Shown here in pieces: positions 1 to 8,069 of a DNA stretch of 64,000 bases. Made by a program: the position numbers and the translations under genes. The notes under the pieces were generated by a model. That model had not been told where the DNA came from. It ran no database searches and saw nothing but the letters and a program-made list of their open reading frames with translations. The DNA is from Squalus acanthias (Eukaryota), in the NCBI GenBank assembly GCA_030390025.1, contig CM059433.1, forward strand, positions 25,112,001 to 25,176,000, read 5' to 3'. Position 1 is the stretch's first letter, and each line of letters opens with the position of its first letter.

Positions 1-763
1 ACATTCTCCATTGACATTGGGAAGTGGTTGCAGAGGAAGTCAATGTCAGGAGATTAGCTCCCAGGACATGGTTGCATTGCAGGCAAAGTATCTCTGCTCT
101 CCTCTTGTCCCTCGCTTTCATGTAAGATGCTGAAAATGTTGACGCCCCTCTGCCACTTCAGGAGAGGAGGCCAGCCTTACTGCAGATGCAGCATCGCTCG
201 ATCTGACCCTAGCAAACACTATCTCAGAAACTGGCACCACGCGCACTTTAGAGGGTTGGTTAGAGATGGGGGGCTAAAAATTCCAGTACGCTGGAAACCT
301 GACGGTAACAGCGCCAGCCAAGGCTAACGGCCGCCCGCCAAGAGCGCGCAGGCTGCTGCTAATTAGCATCAGCGGTGCGGAGAATTTGTGGTGTAATGCG
401 CTCTTTCCAGCGCTAAGCTCAGCAGGAGGCCGAAGGTCGTGCCTGTCTCCTGCTTGCAGCGAAGGAGAACGGGGAAGAAAGGAGCAAACCTGTAGGCCAT
501 GTACAGAACAGTTCTCATACCTGCTACAACAATATTACCTGCCACCTGATTATTAACTTTGTTAGTTGATTTTTTAAAAGTTCATTTAATGAATGCATCT
601 GTGTTCTCTGTAACACTAATCTTTCCCCAATGGTTACTCTTCAAAGTGTTTAAATGTGTAGTAATTGTGCCAGCTTTTAGTGGGTCTTGCATACTCGACA
701 CAAAATAATTATTTGATAAATAATTGGTTATGGCATTTTGAGTAAATTAATTATAATTCCTTA

Positions 764-1626
764 GGGGGAAAAATTTGGTTGCTTTGCGCCTCCCGTTAGT
801 GCCCTAAGAGGGCGCTAACGGGGCGCAAAGCAACTAGCGCCCGGGTGCGGTGATGTTTGCGCCGCTTGCGAAATTGACCAGACATTTTGCGGTGGCGCTA
901 AACACTACCGCCACGATCTCCTGCGCCCACAGATCGTGACGTCAGTCGAGCGTGCAATGCCCTGGTAGCGCCCCGGACCGGATATTGAGTGGTCCCCCCT
1001 GCCTTTCCGCCTGCCACTAGCAACAACAGGTAGAGGGGAACGTTTTGCAGTCAGGAAGGGACTGGGGGAGCGCTATTTAAAGGCGGCCGCTTCCTGCCAT
1101 TTTTGGCGGCGACATCGTTGCACCATGCATTCTGAGAGAGAGAGAGAGAGACTTCTGGAAAGATTCAACGCTGTGTGAAGGAGTTTTGAGTACTGAGCAG
1201 CACTTTGCAGGTTCATTTTGATTTGACCTTCCTTGCATCGATTTAGAAGAGTCGATGGGGGCTGCACTCTGAGCTCTTTCCCTGGGCCTCTCCATTGTTC
1301 TTTCCAGCAGAATTGATGTACACGTCTCTCCAGGTGGATGGAAAGCAAGATCGACCCTCCCCTTTAAGAACTGGCCGGCGCCAGTGTGTCTGTGTTCCAT
1401 TGCTAACTGACATCACATGAGCTTCGCCAGCGCTCTGAGGTAGCGCCTCGCTCCTCGGCGTTAGTGCCTTAAGAGAGGTGTGTAGCGCCTGATTTAGCTC
1501 TCCAATCACTTCCAGGGGCTATAGAAGTCAAGTTTGCAGTCGGAGACGATAATTAGTGCCAGGCGCTAAACTTTGCGCCCGGCCAATAAATGCGCCCCAA
1601 ACGGGGCGATATCGAATTTCTCCCCC
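764..1626. mobile_element. PIF/Harbinger-type MITE (non-autonomous)
   Basis: Termini GGGGGAAAAATT and AATTTCTCCCCC, flanked by TTA on both sides (761-763, 1627-1629). An inverted copy lies at 56223-57121, and the left ~330 bp match the start of the Harbinger element at 34588. Confidence 0.85.
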
Positions 1627-2429
1627 TTAAAATGTTAAGCAGTTGAGTCCTGATTTGCTAGGGGGTGATGTCCTGGTGACGCTGTCATAAAGATAGAAGC
1701 GATCTTATCAGAGATGATCTTCAAATGTGGCAATGGAGTTCTAGGCAATCTGATGCTTTTCAGGAATTCGTCTTTCTTATTTGCTGGGAATCCACCGAGG
1801 GATTTGCAGTTTTGTACAGATGTTCAGTTCTGAACTGAAAGTTTGTCCCACATGGTTTCACCCATTGATCTGCTGACCCACAAACACTGTTGGCCTCCCA
1901 GAAAGCCGCCAGAAAATGCAACCTGCCCACCCCGCCTCCGCCCCCTCCCAACACCCCACCGATGGGCAAAAAATGAAAGTATAAAAAAGAACCTTGGCAA
2001 AGGAGGCGTTTGAAGTTCTAGCATCCTGCTGAGCTGTTTTCCACTTGTCAGCCTCCATCTTCGTCTAAAATCTGCCAAGTTCTGCCAGTCCTGGCTGTTT
2101 TACTTTTGACAGTTGAAGCATCCTCATGGCTGTTAACGCTGCTGAAGCGCTTTTACCGGCTGCACGCACGGGCGTGCTTCAGAGAGGGCAGCAAGAGGAG
2201 CAGCGATATCCAAAATGGATGAGTGAGTGTCAACTTGGCGTTGCTCACCGAGTGACACCACGCTCCGACTCATTACAATACTTTTGGCGAGCGCAGGCAG
2301 CGGCAGTGCTGCCGACCTGCCGGAAATGGCAGCTGCGGCGGCCGCCATTTTTTCCTTGAATCAGGCAGTAATGGCCGGTGGTAAGACTTCAAATATTTAG
2401 TACGGGGTCTTCACATGATTAATCACCAT

Positions 2430-3207
2430 TCACAAGTTTGCAGGAGCTCTGGCAGGGGGGTAAGACACCACAGGTGCCAACTCACTGGAGGCGAAGTTGC
2501 TTACTCCCTCTTTTGCAAAGGACTCAGATGCAGACTTTGAGGGCGCAGAAGAAGGCTGATGGACATACACAAGGAGATGCTGGGTGCACTGGGCAGCTTG
2601 CCAGCGAGTTTGTGCGCTATGGCTTAGAGCATGGAGGCCAGCTCCAACTTGTGTTGGGCTACGCACAGAGCATGAGACTGTTCTGTCCAACATGGAGAGA
2701 GTTGTCAGCTCCATGGGAGAGGCGGCCACCATGATGGACTTTCTGGAAACAGCTCCGACAGCTCACACAGCTGCAATGAAAACTCAGACAACTGCTCTGG
2801 AGGCCACTGTTAACAGGGGCTTCCAGGGTATCGCATCAGTCCTGCACTCTGTTCGCGTGCAGAGCTGGAGGAGTGCTGAGGCGCAGGCCCAGGAGAGTTG
2901 CCTTGGCTCTATGAGAGAGGAACCTGCTGTCCTCTCTCAGGACGACAGCATGTCTGCTCCCCAGCACCGATTCTGCCAGTGCCACACAACCACACAACCA
3001 GCTGGGCCAGAGTGACCCGGCCTACTCCCAGATGCATTAGTCTTCAGCGGGAGCCTCAAGGCCTAGAGATACTTGAGGTCAGCCACCACATCCATATGAA
3101 GTGTCCTCAATGGAAACTCAGCAACCTTCCACCTCCCAAACTGTAGTCACTGGGGAAGCACCTCATAGGAGCATTAGGATAGGAAAACGAGCACACAAGA
3201 CAGACAT
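2430..3207 (+). pseudogene. Probable degenerate 3' part of a Harbinger accessory (Myb/SANT) gene
   Basis: Ala/Thr-rich helical ORF at 2584-3015. Its 3' flank (cactgggg.agcac...taggatagg) resembles the ends of Harbinger relics near 26370 and 51240. Confidence 0.35.
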
Positions 3208-3275
3208 TAAGGGCTGGATTTTGAATGACCCATGGAGTCGGGTTTGGAGGCGTGTGGGGGGTTAAATTTGCGGGG

Positions 3276-4848
3276 TGTAGAATTCGCAATTATCGCGATT
3301 TCATTTTAATAAGGAGAAAACACAAGTTTCGTTCAAAACAGCTTTTATTTCAGCGGAATGCTGTCAGGTTTAAATTGGACACAAGCAGCCTGTAAAATGG
3401 CCGCCGCACCGCGTGACAGAACATTCGAGACTTTTCGGCAGGCAGACAAGATGGCGTTCCAATAAACATTTTTGCAGGATCGATAACGATTCAGCACAGT
3501 GAAGACAATACACAGGACATTATGGGTTTACAGTATAAACATCGATACTGGGATCGGTCTCCCAGGTACAAAGGAAAGCCATCAAGGGCCCATCCAAAGG
3601 ACATTAGTATGTAAACTCCCAACGGCTCTACGATGAGAGAGCCGTTAGCAGGTAGTTATACAGGACACTTGGAAGCCCCAAACCCCTCCAGGGGGAACAC
3701 CGACCGATTTAACAATGGGAGAAATATTAACAGGTACTCAAACATTCAGGAGTAGCCCCGAAACCCATTAAGGACAGAGATCACCCATACAGGACATTTT
3801 TGGGCGCCAAACCTTAAACAAAAGAATGGACATTGTAGTTGGGCGGGAAACGGAAGAACTGTGCACTATAATTGCAGGCCCAAACCGTCCATTCGCTCTC
3901 TTGCCTCGTGTTCGTGACTCTTGCCGCTTGCTGCTGTTATCATCGTGGCTGCTCCTGGGTAAAAGACTGTTGAAAAGACCTATGTTGGTAGCTGGCAGCG
4001 GAACCGAAGGCCCGGGATGAGATGAGATGAGATGAGAGGAGAAGAGAAGAAGACCTTATCCATCGCCACGGTCAGTAAATCCCGACCGCGCCTGTAGGTC
4101 GATCAGCCAAGCCTTCTCGACAGGAAGTTTTCTTCTTTAACAAGACATATTGCATCGACGATAACTGGACTGTGCAAACACATCGTATCAATGATATTGA
4201 CAACGGTGCTCCTCGACTGAACTGTAAAGTCCACCAACAGAGGTCTTCACTACAGCGGACGGTCCAGCCGACTGACCGAGCAGCAGAAGCAGTAAACAAG
4301 TGGGACCAGGAGATCTCCTGACCAACACGTGGGTGCTGCGGTGAAAAACATCCGATCAGCTATTCGGGATTTCTCCGAGTTATTACGAGTGGTGAGCATG
4401 AGTCTCGGGATCCTACGAAGCTAGTTTTAGGATAGTTATTGATAGGGGAGGGTTTAAAGTAAGGATATTTGTAATGTGTGCCCTATTTACGTTGTGCTGG
4501 TCGTTCCTCGTTTCCCTAAGAGTGATTATAACTGTTTGTAAGATTGTACTGTCATTAATCTGTGCATATGACATGTATTTCATAATTTTAAGTATCATGC
4601 AATAAAGATTTTCCATTTCGTACCGTTCAAACCAAGTCTACATGAGTTTTATCTCCATTACTGCTCTCGCATCTAAGTCCAGTGTCTAGAACCGTAAGGG
4701 AGAGTGATTCGAACCACTCACAGGGGTGTCTAGTGTTCCCAGACTGGCTGGAGACCAGGCCTAGACCCGCACTGACATACAGGCTGCACAGAGCCGCGTG
4801 AACCTCACAGGTTACGAGACACGCAGGGTCAGGAGAGTATCCCTTACA
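3276..4848 (+). repeat. 5' LTR
   Basis: Begins TGTAGAATTCG and ends CCCTTACA; AATAAA at 4601. Repeated at offset +7571 with identical ORF-track translations. Confidence 0.97.
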
Positions 4849-4852
4849 GAAA

Positions 4853-6664
4853 ATGGCGACCGCGGCAGGACATTGGCAGCGAGAGGGTAGTGTGTTAGAT
4901 TTTGGAATGACTGTACGAAATGTGATGCAGGAAAAGATAGCGGATTACGTATTTGGAAAGGTTAATCTAACGAAAAAGTGGATAAGCGAACTGTTAGCGG
5001 ATAAGAGCCCATTAGAGGCAGCTGAAAGGTGGACGGATAGTAAGGAGCATAAAAAGGCAGTTGAGAAAGCAGTCTGGCTTATGTGCTACAAAAGGCAGGT
5101 CCAGATTTCAAACCAGACCAATACAGCGCTAACCGCTCGAATCAAGCATTTAGAGGAGGAAATGGAGGAGAAGGTTTCTGGAGGGGAGGTGCTCATTAAG
5201 AGTTTAAATGAGTTACGCCAGGAAAGCCAGGAAGTCTCCAGTTACCTTAAAACAAGGGTAGAGTATCTCGAGTGCCAGATCACTGAAGCAAAATTAAACG
5301 AGAATAGGATGAAGGAAAGATGTAACCGTCAAGCTGCCCAGATAAGAACTCAAGAAGAGAGCTTAATGGGGGTTAGGTCGGCGTATAAGTTGGCCCTTGA
5401 GGATAAGTTTCAGGGAGCCGACCATAGCGCCTGCGAAAAAGAGATAGAGAGCCTCAAAAAGGCCGTGAATAATGCGAACGGCATGGTGTGCCTTATTAAT
5501 CCGTCGGCACGCCAGCCGCTAGTAAGTGAGAGATTTAGAAATTCCCCACCAAGTAAAGCAGAAGAAGTAGTAGCCACTGCGCCCTCCGCGCCACCCAGCT
5601 ATTCAGAAACCTGGGTTAGGGAGGAAGCAACGGAAGAAGCGAAAGAGCCCGTTGAAAAAGAGGTAGAAAAGGGATCGTTGTATCCAGTAACGGGGATTAA
5701 AAGGGGCCCAAGCAGAAACGGTGGGGAAGAACCGGGGGATCTCCTCGGACAGCTGGTGTTGCCTCACAGTTCACACCAGCTGAGGGCCATGATAAACCAC
5801 GTAAGGAAGCTGACCGAGATAGACGACCCTTCCGTACATTTTAGGGAAGTTGAGCAAGCCGCAGCCATCAACGGCTGCGATGATGGGGAGACAGCAAAAA
5901 TGCTGCTGTTCTCATTAGATAGCTCGGTCCTTCAGTGTCTCTCAGGCGATAGCAAGAGGGGAAATAAAAGTTATGAGGAATTGAAAAATGAGGTCCTAGA
6001 AGTAGTGGGAGCGAACGACGGAGGTCCGTTTGCTAGAGTGGGACAGACAGTGCAGATGGAGGGAGAACCCCCGAAGGTTTTTGCCGACAGGCTGTGGCCA
6101 GTATATGAGCGCAGCTGTCTAGGTGCGCCCGAACGCGAAGATGTGGAAGGCGCCGCTTTAGTTCATTGGCTTAGGTGCATAATAGCCAACAGTTTACCAG
6201 CCGTTAGAGAGCAGGCAAAAGCCTGGTTCGATCCCAATGACCTCAACCTTACGGAAGAGTCGGTCTTGAATCGACTCACGTTAGGTTACCGTAACATAAG
6301 GGGTATGGCAACACGTCCCTTTAAGGGAAGAGTACATGAGGTACGACCCGCAGCCCCGGCTCAAAGAGAGTGGCATCAGGAGGGTAATCGCGCCCCACAG
6401 GCAAGTAATGCCTGTTACGGGTGTGGGAAGACAGGGCACTGGCGCAAGCACTGCAGGAACCCTTGGAAGGATTCCAAGGATAAAAATCCCGCGGTCCGAA
6501 CCCAGGCGCCTGTCCCGGCTAAGGAAGCAAAGGCACCCACCTCTCCCGAAGACCTCGAGGCAGTGTTAGGAGTCATGCGCAAGATGGTTTTGAATGCGCG
6601 TGGACAGGTGGCGGTCGCAACCGGCCCCGTAGGTGCCGCAGGACCGTCTAATAGTACCCAATGA
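4853..6664 (+). CDS. gag: Gag polyprotein (coiled coil, late domains, capsid, CCHC nucleocapsid)
   Basis: 603-aa intact ORF with an N-terminal heptad-rich region, PSAPPSY, an MHR-like QMEGEPPKVFADRL and the zinc knuckle CYGCGKTGHWRKHC (6413-6454). Confidence 0.92.
   Translation: MATAAGHWQREGSVLDFGMTVRNVMQEKIADYVFGKVNLTKKWISELLADKSPLEAAERWTDSKEHKKAVEKAVWLMCYKRQVQISNQTNTALTARIKHLEEEMEEKVSGGEVLIKSLNELRQESQEVSSYLKTRVEYLECQITEAKLNENRMKERCNRQAAQIRTQEESLMGVRSAYKLALEDKFQGADHSACEKEIESLKKAVNNANGMVCLINPSARQPLVSERFRNSPPSKAEEVVATAPSAPPSYSETWVREEATEEAKEPVEKEVEKGSLYPVTGIKRGPSRNGGEEPGDLLGQLVLPHSSHQLRAMINHVRKLTEIDDPSVHFREVEQAAAINGCDDGETAKMLLFSLDSSVLQCLSGDSKRGNKSYEELKNEVLEVVGANDGGPFARVGQTVQMEGEPPKVFADRLWPVYERSCLGAPEREDVEGAALVHWLRCIIANSLPAVREQAKAWFDPNDLNLTEESVLNRLTLGYRNIRGMATRPFKGRVHEVRPAAPAQREWHQEGNRAPQASNACYGCGKTGHWRKHCRNPWKDSKDKNPAVRTQAPVPAKEAKAPTSPEDLEAVLGVMRKMVLNARGQVAVATGPVGAAGPSNSTQ
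4854..4871 (+). promoter_or_regulatory. Primer-binding site, tRNA-Ser-like
   Basis: TGGCGACCGCGGCAGGAC begins 5 nt after the LTR end. The TGGCG...GGCAGGA pattern resembles the complement of vertebrate tRNA-Ser 3' ends (imperfect, recalled from memory). Confidence 0.7.
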
Positions 6665-6728
6665 CTAGAGCCCACGCAGCCTGCCTACCTGTGTCCTTTT
6701 AAAAGACACGCACAGGAGGGGGTCTGCG
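6662..6728 (+). promoter_or_regulatory. Stop-codon readthrough signal (UGA-CUAG plus 3' stem-loop)
   Basis: CAA TGA CTA G at the gag end. The frame stays open to 7786. Pairings CGCAG/CTGCG, CCT/AGG, CCTGT/ACAGG and GTC/GAC start 10 nt after the stop. Confidence 0.75.
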
Positions 6729-7786
6729 GTGAGGAGGCCAGGTTAAAAGAGCAGGCCTTGCGGGAGGAGAACGCCCGCTTAATAGGGAAAATAGATGGGC
6801 TGGAAGGGCAGCTTAGAGAGCAGGCCCTGCGGGAGGAGAATGCCCGAGAAATGGGAAAGTTAGACGTGCTCAGGCTAGAAGGGCAGCTTAGAGAGATAAA
6901 AGCAGCCTACAGGGTAGCCAAAAGCCGGGAGCATGAGGTTTTAAAACAGGATAGAAATCTGCAGCCTCCAGCAGGTGAGATTTCACAGAAACAAGCAGGG
7001 GCGGTGGCCTGTCTTAAGGGAGGGGCCAGACCTGCGAGTGGGGAAGCACAGCCCCAGGTAGGACCACAAGGCACACAGGCAGGCGTAGCAGCTTGCATCA
7101 GGGGAAGGGACATCCCGGACGATCATGCAGCGTTTTTCTGGAGTTGGGGGTTAGATGACGAGGACCCCAGGGTACCCTGGTCAGACGAGGATAGTGCAGA
7201 TGAGCATAGTGATGATGACGGGTGGTTTCAGAGGAACGGTCTGGAAGGATTGGGGCCGTTAGGTAGAGATCCATACGGGGTGGACACACAAGCTGCAGGT
7301 CCCGACAGCAGGAGGAAGGAGCTAGAGGAGGCCGGGCCAGCCGCTATGTGGTTCCCAGAGGTGTGGCCGCCCGCTTTGAACGTCCAGTCCTCAGGGGAGG
7401 CAGAGTTCGCGAGTGAAGGGCCGCCTGCTGGGCCGAGCAGGGCGGGGCCCCGAACTGCCAGCCCCGAGGTTAGGGAGGCGGAGTCAGCGGAGGCGGGGCT
7501 GGCGCCTGTGATGGAACCCCAGGTCATTCCGTTGAAGGTCTCGGGACCCGGTCCGTCCGTCACGGAGCCCCCGCCCATAGCAATTCCCCGTAGGTCAAGC
7601 AGAGCACCCCAGCCCAGGAAGACGTGGTCAGGTCCACAGGCTGCCCCAGGGCGTAAGTTTCAGGTTAAGATAACCCGGGTAGAGACAGGCCACATCGAAG
7701 CAGTAACAGGCTGCGGCAGATCAGAGGGAAGGGTCAGTGCCCTCCCACCGTCGGGAAGAGCTCGCAGCAGCCTTCTCAGGATTTAA
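6665..7786 (+). CDS. ORF2: in-frame extension of gag; coiled-coil, acidic and Pro-rich protein of unknown function
   Basis: No stop between 6665 and 7783 in the gag frame (the track start at 6758 is a TTG). Contains a duplicated EQALREENAR...LEGQLRE motif and no PR, RT, RNase H or IN motifs. Confidence 0.7.
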   Translation, partial: LEPTQPAYLCPFKRHAQEGVCGEEARLKEQALREENARLIGKIDGLEGQLREQALREENAREMGKLDVLRLEGQLREIKAAYRVAKSREHEVLKQDRNLQPPAGEISQKQAGAVACLKGGARPASGEAQPQVGPQGTQAGVAACIRGRDIPDDHAAFFWSWGLDDEDPRVPWSDEDSADEHSDDDGWFQRNGLEGLGPLGRDPYGVDTQAAGPDSRRKELEEAGPAAMWFPEVWPPALNVQSSGEAEFASEGPPAGPSRAGPRTASPEVREAESAEAGLAPVMEPQVIPLKVSGPGPSVTEPPPIAIPRRSSRAPQPRKTWSGPQAAPGRKFQVKITRVETGHIEAVTGCGRSEGRVSALPPSGRARSSLLRI

Positions 7787-8069
7787 AGGGGCCGCCCTGA
7801 GAACGGGCGGCATTGTAAAGTTATTAGTTTAAGGTTTTAAGTTTAGTTTAAAGTTTTAAGTAGTTTTAATAAGGTTAAGTTTGTAGTGTTTTTAACAGAT
7901 AACGATAAAATGATGGGAGTTGTAAGGCTAGGTTTAGAGGAAGTCTGTTTAGCAAACGTTGAAGTTTACGTGAGGCGAGGTCAGGGGACCCGCTCACCCT
8001 TCACAAAAGCCAGAGACTTTTTGCGAGGCTGGCTACCTCATTCTATCTGATCACAGGAACCAAGGAAGG

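Noticed and set aside
3826..4616. Short ORFs inside the LTRs (64-75 aa, duplicated at 11397-12187)
   Set aside because: They are duplicated only because the LTR is. The frames are mostly not preserved in the solo LTRs and show no motifs.
6758..7786. ORF2 as pol, or as an independently initiated gene
   Set aside because: No DTG/DSG, YxDD or integrase HHCC/DDE motif was found. The listed start is a TTG and the frame is open back to the gag stop.
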